A stretch of 64,000 nt of DNA from Flavobacteriales bacterium (lineage in GTDB: Bacteria; Bacteroidota; Bacteroidia; UBA10329), in contig JBIKWM010000008.1 in NCBI GenBank assembly GCA_044356305.1, positions 33,947 through 97,946 of the forward strand, given 5' to 3'. The notes under the pieces were generated by a model. The model was not told where the DNA came from. It saw only the letters and a program-made list of their open reading frames with translations, and did no database searches. The stretch's first letter is position 1. Each line of letters starts with the position of its first letter. A program made the position numbers and the translations under genes. Shown in pieces: positions 36,458-45,842 of this stretch.

Positions 36458-39400
36458 ATGATGATGAATCTACGTGTTTCCCTTATCGGCCCCATTTTTA
36501 ATCTATTTTCATCCGCTTTTTCAGGATCGATGAAAGACCGTACCGGACGGTCAGAATCAATGCTTCAACCTCGACTGACGTTTAGCTTTTTCGTATTGAC
36601 CGCCCTCATGCTTGCCATGACCGGGCAGGGGTATGCGCAATCGCGGGATATCCGTCAGACCACTGAGGAGGAGATGAACCGCGAGATTAACCAGACCCCT
36701 GAGGAACGCGCAAAGGCACGTATCAGAGTCACCCCTAAAACCGCACAGGAGCTATACTATAACGGCAATTTCAGAGCAGCACTTGATGAGTTTCTGATCC
36801 TTTTGGCTAAGAATCCCACCGACCCCGACCTCAATTTCTTTATCGGTGCATGTTATCTGGAGAGCAACATTGATAAGAAAAAGGCCGTCCAATATCTTGA
36901 GTTCTCTGTATCACAGCCTAAGTATCCGAAAGAAGCCATCTATCAATTGGGTAGAGCTTACATGTTCTCTCATCGCTTTGATGAGGCCATCACAACTTTC
37001 AACAAGTACAAGGACATTCAACGCGGGAAGGAGGACAATATAATAACCGGGACACGGATGATTGAGATGTGCTTCACAGCCAAAGAACTTGTGAAGTACC
37101 CACGTGATGTGACGTTTGAGAACCTTGGCATAAACATCAATTCAGCCTATCCTGAGTACAATCCATTTATTCCGGAGGATGAGTCTTTCATTGTATTCAC
37201 AACTAAACGTCCGGATTGTTTGGGTCTACAATTGGATTATGATGGTTATAAGACTCCTGATATTTATCGTGCAAGAACTACTCGTGGTAGATTTTCCGAG
37301 GCGCGGAACATAGGTTCCTCGGTCAATACGGAATGGTATGAGGAGTGCGTTGGTCTATCAGCTGATGGTCAGGAACTGCTTGTTTACATCGACAATTTCG
37401 ATGGGTACGATGATATCTACAACTCGCCCCGCAAGGGCCGATTCTTTGATGAGTACTATTCTCTCGGGCCGAACATCAACACCGATGAAATAGAGACCAC
37501 AGCGAGTATGAGCACAGATGGTCAGCTGCTATTCCTGACCCGCGAAGTGGGTAAGGGAGTAACAGGGACTGATATTTATATGTCGCGCAAGCTGCCCAAT
37601 GGTACCTGGGCCATTCCGACACGTTTGCCAGATGTGATCAATACCAAGTACAATGAGGCGTTCCCGCACCTTGCCGATGACGGTAAGACACTGTACTTCG
37701 CATCTGAAGGCCACATGAGCATGGGTGGCTTCGATATTTTCACCACCGAGTATGATGAACTGACCGGCACTTGGTCAGTACCACGTAATGTCGGTTATCC
37801 GATCAATACGGTGGATGATGATTTTAATATCTCAATGTCCACCACTGGGCGCTATGGCTATGTCTCTCAGTTCAGGGAAGAGGGGTATGGCGAGCGGGAT
37901 ATCTATATGGTGACTTTTAAGGACACCGACCCGGTAGAGACCATTGTTCGAGGTTCAATCACCAATATAAGAGATTCGCTTAAGAATGATCCGAGATATG
38001 AGGTAGGCAATTTCCTTATGACCGTGCGTAACATGGACACCGATGAGTTCATCGGTTATTACCGACCTAATAAAGGCAGCAGCAATTATGCTCAAGTACT
38101 TGATCCCGGTGAATATTGCGTTTACGTTGAAGGGGAGTCTTTCTTTGACACATCTGCCGTTATTGAGGTTCTTGGGCGTGATGCACAGGTACGTGAACAG
38201 ATTTTTGACTACACACTGAGACCTGATCCTAATGCCAAGCGCAAGGGTAAGGAAAGCAAATGCCAGATTTATGCATTGAGTGGAAGTGTTGATGGCATGG
38301 CCAAACTGTGGGAAGTACCGAGTGGCCGACTTATCCTTAATCTGGATAACCGGAAGGAGGTTTCATCGGTTCAATTCTCGCCCAATGGGAAATATGCTGC
38401 AGCCAGTTGCAATGATGGTAGCATCAACCTATGGAACCTACCTGATGGCACGCCTAGCAAGACATTGTATGGTCACAAAGGACGTGTGAACCGGGTCGTA
38501 TTCACACCGAACAGCCGCTACATCCTGTCATGCGGAGCCGATTCCACGGTGCGCTCTTTCGATATCGCGACAGGTAAGCAGACGAATCTTTACATTGGCC
38601 ATGTGGGCAATGTGAACGATGTGACTGTTTCGTCTGACGGCAATTACCTCATTACGGTATCAGACGATGGGAACGTATTGATGTGGGACTTCAAGTCCAC
38701 TGAACTTGTCGGGGTTTATGATGGGCATTCAGGACCGGTTCGTAGCGCCATGTACTCGCCCTGTGGCAATTTCATCGTAACCGGTGGCAGCGATGGAAAA
38801 GCAATAGTGTGGAACATCACCACTGCCAAACCCGAGACCATCTTCTCATTACATGGCACAGATGTTACTTCGGTTCGAGTGTCGCCCGACTGTAGCACCA
38901 TTGTGTCAACCGACCGCAAGGGATTCACCTATTCCTGGGACAGGAAGCTGGGTAGTGTAAAGAACGCCATGCCGAGCAATCAGGCCGTGGCATCGTCATT
39001 TATCAGCAAAGACTCGCGCTACATTATCACCGGAGGCAAGGAGCGGGACCCGCGCGTGTGGGCTTTCGGCAATGGTGATCAGGTAACCACCCTGTTCGGC
39101 CATAAGGGTTATGTCAATGATGTGGCATTCTCTCCTTGCATCAAGTTCCCCGAAAAGGAAATTCCCGACATCAAACCTGCCGACCCAAAGGAGGTACAGG
39201 CACTCGAGGCGGAGGTTCAGAAGCTTGAGGAGGAACTGGCCAAGATGGAACAACTCAAAAAGCTCGGTTACGACCCCAGCCTCTTGGATGTTGACATCAA
39301 GAACACGAAGAAATTCAAGGTGGGCGATAAGATCATTCTTGAACGTATCTACTTTGATTTCGATAAGTTCAATATCCGCGATGAGTCTGTTGTGCAGCTC

Positions 39401-39718
39401 AATCAGTTGCTGCTGTTCCTTACCAACCAGCCGACTGTGATTGTAGAGATATCGGGCCACACCGATTCGCGCGGCACTGACGACTATAATGAAAAGCTCT
39501 CCCGCAACCGTGCAAAGAGTGTCGTTGCATGGTTGGGCGAACGGGGAATCCCGAGCAAAAGAACTGTGGCCAAGGGATATGGAGAACGAAAGCATATTGC
39601 ACCTAACGAAAATCCAGATGGGTCGGATAATCCTGAAGGCCGTCAGATGAACCGAAGGATAGAACTCACCATCATTGGGGTCGCGGGCGAGAAGATCATC
39701 ACAACCGAAAACAACTGA
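36458..39718 (+). CDS. TPR + PD40 propeller + 7-blade WD40 propeller + coiled coil + OmpA domain (paralogue 3)
   Basis: Likely true start ATG 36560 (MLQPRLTFSFFVLTALMLAMTGQGYAQ). WD40 repeats (LWNLPDG..., ...SCGADSTVRSFD, ...VSDDGNVLMWDF). OmpA-C ...SGHTDSRGTDDYNEKLSRNRAKSV...NRRIEL. Confidence 0.85.
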   Translation: MMMNLRVSLIGPIFNLFSSAFSGSMKDRTGRSESMLQPRLTFSFFVLTALMLAMTGQGYAQSRDIRQTTEEEMNREINQTPEERAKARIRVTPKTAQELYYNGNFRAALDEFLILLAKNPTDPDLNFFIGACYLESNIDKKKAVQYLEFSVSQPKYPKEAIYQLGRAYMFSHRFDEAITTFNKYKDIQRGKEDNIITGTRMIEMCFTAKELVKYPRDVTFENLGININSAYPEYNPFIPEDESFIVFTTKRPDCLGLQLDYDGYKTPDIYRARTTRGRFSEARNIGSSVNTEWYEECVGLSADGQELLVYIDNFDGYDDIYNSPRKGRFFDEYYSLGPNINTDEIETTASMSTDGQLLFLTREVGKGVTGTDIYMSRKLPNGTWAIPTRLPDVINTKYNEAFPHLADDGKTLYFASEGHMSMGGFDIFTTEYDELTGTWSVPRNVGYPINTVDDDFNISMSTTGRYGYVSQFREEGYGERDIYMVTFKDTDPVETIVRGSITNIRDSLKNDPRYEVGNFLMTVRNMDTDEFIGYYRPNKGSSNYAQVLDPGEYCVYVEGESFFDTSAVIEVLGRDAQVREQIFDYTLRPDPNAKRKGKESKCQIYALSGSVDGMAKLWEVPSGRLILNLDNRKEVSSVQFSPNGKYAAASCNDGSINLWNLPDGTPSKTLYGHKGRVNRVVFTPNSRYILSCGADSTVRSFDIATGKQTNLYIGHVGNVNDVTVSSDGNYLITVSDDGNVLMWDFKSTELVGVYDGHSGPVRSAMYSPCGNFIVTGGSDGKAIVWNITTAKPETIFSLHGTDVTSVRVSPDCSTIVSTDRKGFTYSWDRKLGSVKNAMPSNQAVASSFISKDSRYIITGGKERDPRVWAFGNGDQVTTLFGHKGYVNDVAFSPCIKFPEKEIPDIKPADPKEVQALEAEVQKLEEELAKMEQLKKLGYDPSLLDVDIKNTKKFKVGDKIILERIYFDFDKFNIRDESVVQLNQLLLFLTNQPTVIVEISGHTDSRGTDDYNEKLSRNRAKSVVAWLGERGIPSKRTVAKGYGERKHIAPNENPDGSDNPEGRQMNRRIELTIIGVAGEKIITTENN

Positions 39719-39723
39719 CAACC

Positions 39724-42700
39724 ATGCGCAGCACCGGCATAGGGCGAGTGTCAGCACATTTATTGGGCATAGCACTCCTTGGCTTCATTTCGTTTATTGC
39801 CCCACAAGTAGCATCAGCCCAGCCTGTTGTAGGAGAGGAGCGGCAGAGTGTGTCGAATATTCAAGGCCCCATTGAGATCAAGTGCTTCGTTAAGGAGCTC
39901 ATGAACACTATGAAAGGGGTGATTGTCACCATTTATGAAGATGCTGATGGATCGCGTACCAAACTGAATGAACTCCAGAAAATAGTCACCCCAGGCAATG
40001 GCCAGTTCACATTCAAGTTGAACATCAACAGGCTGTACATGATAGAGTACAGCAAACCGGGCTACACTTCGAAGAAGGTGGACTTTGATACCGATGTGAA
40101 GATGGCACGGCCTGAACATACCAAAGTGCCAACATTTGAATTTGAGGTGCAGATGGTAAAAGATCTTGATGGTCTGGCTTTTAAGAGTTCGGTGGCCAAG
40201 GTCTTCTATCACATCAAGCGAAATGAACTGGACTATGAGCTTGATTACTCCAAAGAGGAAATGTTGGAGGAAGAGCGCAAGATCAAGGAGTTAGAAGAGA
40301 AAAGGCGATTGGCTGAAATAGCTGCCCAGAAGAAGCTGGAGGTGGAGAATCAGGCCCTCTCAGCACGTGAAAAGGACCGGTTGGCGGCTGAGTCAAAGAT
40401 TAAGGCGGCCGTGCTGATGGGCTCAGACGAAAAGAAGGTGAAGGAGCAGTTGGTGAAAGTTTTCTCTGATGTCGATTCGCTGCGCTACAAAAAGGCCGAT
40501 GCCATGTATTTGGAGCTGCAGAAGGAGCGCCAGCGCACCGGTGGCAACAACGCAGCCATTAACTATGGCAGCATTTTCGATGCGGCTGTAAGGCTAGAGG
40601 ATAAGGTTGTGGCTGATAAGGCCGCAGCCGATGCCAAGAAGCAGGAGGAACTCAGGAAAGTAAAGACCGATGTGGTGCAGAAACAGCAGGAGGCTATCCA
40701 AAAGGAACAAGAGGCCCAGAAGCTGATAATGCAGAACAAGCTGGCACAGGCCACTGCTGCCGAGGATGCAAGGAGGGCGGCTGAGGAAAAGGCCAAGCGC
40801 GAAAGCGTGTACAATGCATTGCTCAATTCAAGCGGGAGCAAGGAAAAAGCCATTGCCAACCTGATGACGGTGTTCGCCAAGGGCGATGAATACAAGGAAG
40901 AGAAGGCCGAGGCCATGTACATGGCCTATGAGAAGGCCAGGCAAGGGGGCAAGACCTTGGCGAACATGAACTACAGCGACCTTTTCTCGGCAGCGCGTCA
41001 GGCCGAGGATGCGGCTGTAGAGAAAAAGTTGGAAGAGGAGCGCAGAAAGGGCAATGACAAGACCAACGAGATAATCAAATCGTTGGATGAGAAGAAATTA
41101 AAGGAGGAATCTGCCCAGAAAACAAAGATTGAGGCCGCACTTGCCATAGCCAAGAACGAGACCGAAAGAAAACAGGCCTTTATTGAGGCATTGCCAAAGA
41201 ACGACCCTTACCGTCAGCAGAAGGGCGAGGCCATGTATGCTGAATTCCAGAAGCAGCAGCAGGCTCTGAACACTGGTGGCTCGGCCAAAACGGGGATTGA
41301 CTTCGGTTCAATTTTCGGAGCAGCCGAGACTGCTGAGCTTACCATCAAGAACAAGGAAAAAGAGGAATTGGCCCAGGCAAAGCGCCAACAGCAGGATGCT
41401 ATAGAGTCAAAGCTCGAGACCGTGCGTTCCGAAAAGAGCAAGATGGCCCAGGAAGCCGCAACGGTTGCCCAGGATGTACAGAAACAGAAACTGGGCGAGG
41501 CTGCAAACGCCAAGGAGAAGAAGTTGGCTGATGCAATAGGTAAGGCTGAGGGCGACCGATCAAAGGCCATTCAGTCCATCATGTCGACATTTGAGAAAGG
41601 GACTGAGTACAAGCAGGAACGTGCCGAAGCCATCTATGACGCCTATCTTGCTGAAATAGTGCGGATAAAGAACTCAGGGAACACCACGACCAAAATCGAT
41701 TTCGGTAAGCTGTTCGGTGCAGCTGACAAAGCTGAACTGGAGGCAATAACCAAGCAGTATGAAGCCAAGAAGGCCGAAGAGGACCAGAGGTTGGCCAATT
41801 ACACGGCCCAGCGGACAGAGAAGGCCGTAGATCTGGCGCAGGTCAAGGCCAAGGAAGCTGAGGAGAAGGCCGCCACTGCCGCTGCGGATCTTGCCAAGAC
41901 CAAATCGGACCTTGAGAATGAACGCATCAAGCGCGATCTGGCGCTCATGAAGCAGAAGGAACAGGAGGAGAAGACCTTGGCGATGGAGGAAGCCAAGAGG
42001 GCTGCAGAACTGAGGGAACGCGAACAGGCCTCTATGTCTCAATCTGAAAAGGACAAATTAGCCGCTGCCGAGAAACTTAGAAAGGAGACCGAAGCTGCAA
42101 GGGCAAAGCTTGAGGCTGAAGAAAGACGCAAAGCGGAAATCGCACAGGCGGCAGAGGAGAAACAGCGACAGGCAGACCTTGCACTGCAATCGAAGGCCGA
42201 AAAGGAACGTCAGGCTGCTATGGACGCTCAGAAGAAGGAAGAGGAGAGACTACGTAAAGAGAAGGAACTGGCGGACGCCAAGGCCAAAGCGGAAGAGTCG
42301 AAGCGATTGGAGGCCGAGCGTGCTGAAGCTGAGAAGAAGCGTCAGGCAGAGATGGCTGCCGCAGAGCGAAAGAAGGCCGAGGAACTGGCCGCAGCCCAGA
42401 AGGCAGAACGCGAGAGGTTGCTTGCTGCCGAACAGGCTGAGAAGGACCGGTTGGCAGCTGAGAATGCTCAGCGCACAGCTGCTGAAAAGGCAGAAAAGGA
42501 CCGGATTGCAGCCGCGGAGCGCAAAAAGGCTGAGGAATTGGCCGCAGCCCAGAAGGCAGAACGCGAAAGGTTGCTTGCTGCCGAACTTGCCGAAAAGGAG
42601 AGGATTGCGGCTGAGAATGCGAAAAAGGCTGCTGAGGAGAAGGCTGAGAAAGACCGACTTGCTGCCGAGGCCGCCAAGAAAGCGGCAGACGAGAAGGCCG

Positions 42701-43890
42701 AACGTGACCGCATACTTGCGGCTGAAAAGGCTGAGAAGGACCGTATAGCAAAAGAAGCGGCTGACCAGAAGGAGCGTGAACGCCTTGCATTGGAGGAGAA
42801 GAAGAAGGCGGAGGCCGATCAGATTGCAAAGGCGGCCGAAGAGAAGCGCAGACTTGACGAACAGTTCCGTTCACTTATTCAGGCCGGTGACCTGGCTTTC
42901 ACGGCCAAGAACTATAGCAAGGCAAAGGACGATTATGCCAAGGCTGCGGCACTCAAACCCGATGACCGCGAACTGAAGAGCAAGATCGGCTCGACAGATG
43001 CCGAGTTGAACAAACTGGCCATTGCCGATGCAGCTGCCAAGGAGAAAGAGCAGAAATTTCAGAATCTGTTGAAAGAGGGTGATGAGCAGATGGCCGATGG
43101 CGAGTACCCATTCGCGCGCAACACCTATTTCAAGGCTCAAGAGATGAAGCCCAATGACCCTTCGGTGCGGGCAAAGATCAAACAGGCTGATGATGCCATT
43201 GCCGCGGCCACCAAGGCCCGCGAGGCAGAACAGGCCAAGGAACGTCAGTACATTGTGCTGATGCAGGACGGTGGAAAGGCCATGGACTCCCGAGACTATG
43301 TCACGGCCAAGAAGAAATACAACGATGCCCTGGCTCTGAAACCTGGATCGGCCGATGCGACCAAGAAGTTGAGCGACATCAAAGTCATAGAAGATCAGAT
43401 GGCTGCCGCGACCAAGGCAGAGGATGAGAAGAAGCGTCAGGCGCAGGAGGCATTTGCTCAGAAGCAGAAAGAGGAGGAGGAGCGTAAGGCTGCCATTGCC
43501 CTTGAACGTCAGAAGGCCCTTGGCGATATTACAAATGGCAATGCGCAGACCCAGCCTGCCGCAGGTGGTGCCCCGAGCTCGGCCGAGCAGGAGCGCCAGC
43601 GCAAGTTTGAGGCACTCAAGCTGCAGATTGAGGACATGAGCAGCAATGCTGATGAACGCAGGAGGATGTTCCTCTCAGAACTTGCCAAGCTTTATCCAGA
43701 GGGTGTCACCTATGAGGCGGTTCCCGGTTCGAACTACAAGTTGGACCGGTATGTGATAAACAACAAAGGCGTGGTGAACGTGTACGAGAAACGTACATGG
43801 GACTGGGGCGGTGTGTTCTACTTCAAGGACAACGGAGTGGCCATCACCGAGTCGCTCTACAACCTGGAGCTGAACCGATACAAGAAGTGA
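39724..43890 (+). CDS. giant secreted coiled-coil protein (E/K/A-rich, ~1000 aa helical) with N-terminal beta-sandwich and C-terminal TPR-like repeats
   Basis: Signal peptide. Four ~65-aa modules (...F.KG.EYK.EKAEAMY...). 51-aa tandem repeat AAERKKAEELAAAQKAERERLLAAE... x2. TPR-like KAKDDYAKAAALKPDD. Confidence 0.75.
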   Translation: MRSTGIGRVSAHLLGIALLGFISFIAPQVASAQPVVGEERQSVSNIQGPIEIKCFVKELMNTMKGVIVTIYEDADGSRTKLNELQKIVTPGNGQFTFKLNINRLYMIEYSKPGYTSKKVDFDTDVKMARPEHTKVPTFEFEVQMVKDLDGLAFKSSVAKVFYHIKRNELDYELDYSKEEMLEEERKIKELEEKRRLAEIAAQKKLEVENQALSAREKDRLAAESKIKAAVLMGSDEKKVKEQLVKVFSDVDSLRYKKADAMYLELQKERQRTGGNNAAINYGSIFDAAVRLEDKVVADKAAADAKKQEELRKVKTDVVQKQQEAIQKEQEAQKLIMQNKLAQATAAEDARRAAEEKAKRESVYNALLNSSGSKEKAIANLMTVFAKGDEYKEEKAEAMYMAYEKARQGGKTLANMNYSDLFSAARQAEDAAVEKKLEEERRKGNDKTNEIIKSLDEKKLKEESAQKTKIEAALAIAKNETERKQAFIEALPKNDPYRQQKGEAMYAEFQKQQQALNTGGSAKTGIDFGSIFGAAETAELTIKNKEKEELAQAKRQQQDAIESKLETVRSEKSKMAQEAATVAQDVQKQKLGEAANAKEKKLADAIGKAEGDRSKAIQSIMSTFEKGTEYKQERAEAIYDAYLAEIVRIKNSGNTTTKIDFGKLFGAADKAELEAITKQYEAKKAEEDQRLANYTAQRTEKAVDLAQVKAKEAEEKAATAAADLAKTKSDLENERIKRDLALMKQKEQEEKTLAMEEAKRAAELREREQASMSQSEKDKLAAAEKLRKETEAARAKLEAEERRKAEIAQAAEEKQRQADLALQSKAEKERQAAMDAQKKEEERLRKEKELADAKAKAEESKRLEAERAEAEKKRQAEMAAAERKKAEELAAAQKAERERLLAAEQAEKDRLAAENAQRTAAEKAEKDRIAAAERKKAEELAAAQKAERERLLAAELAEKERIAAENAKKAAEEKAEKDRLAAEAAKKAADEKAERDRILAAEKAEKDRIAKEAADQKERERLALEEKKKAEADQIAKAAEEKRRLDEQFRSLIQAGDLAFTAKNYSKAKDDYAKAAALKPDDRELKSKIGSTDAELNKLAIADAAAKEKEQKFQNLLKEGDEQMADGEYPFARNTYFKAQEMKPNDPSVRAKIKQADDAIAAATKAREAEQAKERQYIVLMQDGGKAMDSRDYVTAKKKYNDALALKPGSADATKKLSDIKVIEDQMAAATKAEDEKKRQAQEAFAQKQKEEEERKAAIALERQKALGDITNGNAQTQPAAGGAPSSAEQERQRKFEALKLQIEDMSSNADERRRMFLSELAKLYPEGVTYEAVPGSNYKLDRYVINNKGVVNVYEKRTWDWGGVFYFKDNGVAITESLYNLELNRYKK

Positions 43891-43916
43891 TTGCCACGTA
43901 CTGCTGACAACCTGCG

Positions 43917-45842
43917 ATGCATCTGAGGTCGATACCACTCCTTTTCGTTTTCCTCAACATCACTGCCATAGCTTTCGGTCAAGCAGCCGATGATGGTGTG
44001 AAGGGCGCCACGCCACAGGCATTGGCCAAGAACTATTTTGAGATAGGTGACTATCGCAATGCGCTGAAGGAGTATCAGAAGCTGGTGGCCGAGAAACCCG
44101 AGGACCTTTTCTACAACTACCGCGTAGGTCTGTGCCACCTCAACCAGAACATTGACAAGAGCTGGAGCCTGCCCTATCTCCGCAAAGTGGTGGCCGATGC
44201 CAACAGCGACCCGGAGGCATTGTATGATATGGGCCGTGCCTTCATGTACAACGAGCAGTTGGACAGCGCTATCCTATTCTTCAACAAGTACAAGGGAAAG
44301 GTGAAGGATGGTGCGCGCCTGGTGGAGGCCACACGCAACGTGGAGTTCTGCACCCAGGCCAAGAAGCTGATGGAGAAACCGCTCAATGTGAGTTTCTACA
44401 ATCTTGGCAAGGACATCAACAGTGAGGGGCCAGAGTTCAATGCCTTTATCCCTGACGATGAGAGTTTCATTGTCTATTCTACCAAGCGCGACAAAGGGGT
44501 GATGGGCAACAACCTCGACTTTGACGGTTATAAGCCGGCAGACGTGTTCTGGGCCAAAGCCAAGGGAGGTGAGTTTGACAAGGCCAAAAGTGTGGGTGCC
44601 ACCATCAACACCGAATGGGTGGAGGAGATCACCGGCCTATCGGCCAATGGCGAGTACATGTTTCTTGCCATCGATAATGCAGAGGCCTATGATGATGTGT
44701 GGGTGACGGAGTTCAACGGGCGGCAATGGAGCAAGACCATCCCTTTCGGGCCTACCATCAACACCCAGGACCCCGAACTGGCCGCTTCGAGCTCGCCCGA
44801 TGCGCAGGTGCTGTACTTCTCGCGCCAGAGCTCGGCTGTTGAGGGTTTCGGTGGGTTGGACATCTACATGGCCAAGAAGCTGCCCAATGGCCATTGGAGC
44901 ACGGCCGTGAACCTGGGCCCTACCGTTAACACGCAGTACGATGACTCGTACCCACAGGTGTCGGCCGATGGGCGCACCCTCTACTTCAGCAGCATGGGTC
45001 ACAACAGCATGGGTGGCTACGATGTGTTCAAGAGCGAGTGGGACGATAAGTATCAGCGCTGGGGAAGGGCCGACAACATCGGGTATCCGCTCAACAACAC
45101 GATGGACAATTTCACCTTCTCGCGCACCGGAAACATGCGCTACGCCTATGTGGCGCAGTTGCGCAAAGGCGGGCTCGGTGACCTCGACATCTATCGTGTC
45201 ACATTCAACGACATCCCGAAGGAGATGACCGTTCTGGTAGGCAATATTGAGCTGTACAACTCTCCCAACAAACGAACCATCAACCTGCATACCTATACCA
45301 AAGACGGTCAGGTGAAGGTTTTCACCGATGAGTATCAGCCCACCGATGACCCCACTTGGACCTACAAGGAGACCAAGAAGGAGGCCATTAAGGATGGCGA
45401 GAAATATGAGATAACCATCATCGGGTCGTACAAGGGGCAGGTGCAGAAATTCACCCCCGAGAATTTCCCGAAGGATGTGGCGAACTTCAAATGGGTGGAT
45501 ACGCGCATCAGCAAGGTGAAGGTGCCCGTGGTGCCCACCAAGATTGAACCGGTGCCCTACAAGGGCATGAAGGAGCCCATCATCAGCATTGTGATAAAGG
45601 ACTATGCGGGCAAGACGGTGGGCAAGTACACCGCCAATCGCAGGTTGGGCCGTTTTGTCGCCTCGCTCGAGCCATCGGACCACGGGCTGTACACCGTCAC
45701 GATGTCGGCACCGGGCTACGAGACCACCGAGGAGAAGGTGAGTGTGGTGGGCATGGGCCAGTATAAGACCGAGATAAAGAAGACTTTCAAGCTGGTAGAG
45801 AAGGGCCTAACACTGCCCGCACCGGCCACCGCCCCCAAATGA
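43917..45842 (+). CDS. secreted TPR + PD40 propeller protein with C-terminal beta-sandwich domains (paralogue 4)
   Basis: Signal peptide MHLRSIPLLFVFLNITAIAFGQ. Same module order as 31073. Confidence 0.8.
   Translation: MHLRSIPLLFVFLNITAIAFGQAADDGVKGATPQALAKNYFEIGDYRNALKEYQKLVAEKPEDLFYNYRVGLCHLNQNIDKSWSLPYLRKVVADANSDPEALYDMGRAFMYNEQLDSAILFFNKYKGKVKDGARLVEATRNVEFCTQAKKLMEKPLNVSFYNLGKDINSEGPEFNAFIPDDESFIVYSTKRDKGVMGNNLDFDGYKPADVFWAKAKGGEFDKAKSVGATINTEWVEEITGLSANGEYMFLAIDNAEAYDDVWVTEFNGRQWSKTIPFGPTINTQDPELAASSSPDAQVLYFSRQSSAVEGFGGLDIYMAKKLPNGHWSTAVNLGPTVNTQYDDSYPQVSADGRTLYFSSMGHNSMGGYDVFKSEWDDKYQRWGRADNIGYPLNNTMDNFTFSRTGNMRYAYVAQLRKGGLGDLDIYRVTFNDIPKEMTVLVGNIELYNSPNKRTINLHTYTKDGQVKVFTDEYQPTDDPTWTYKETKKEAIKDGEKYEITIIGSYKGQVQKFTPENFPKDVANFKWVDTRISKVKVPVVPTKIEPVPYKGMKEPIISIVIKDYAGKTVGKYTANRRLGRFVASLEPSDHGLYTVTMSAPGYETTEEKVSVVGMGQYKTEIKKTFKLVEKGLTLPAPATAPK

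Noticed and set aside
42110-42874. 212-aa + and 218-aa minus ORFs inside the giant coiled-coil gene
   Set aside because: Alternative frames of a highly repetitive GA-rich region, with R/K/P or P/S/Q runs and no motifs. The main frame is continuous for 1388 aa.
44637-45683. 348-aa minus ORF
   Set aside because: Antisense of paralogue 4 (43917..45842). G/H/V-rich.
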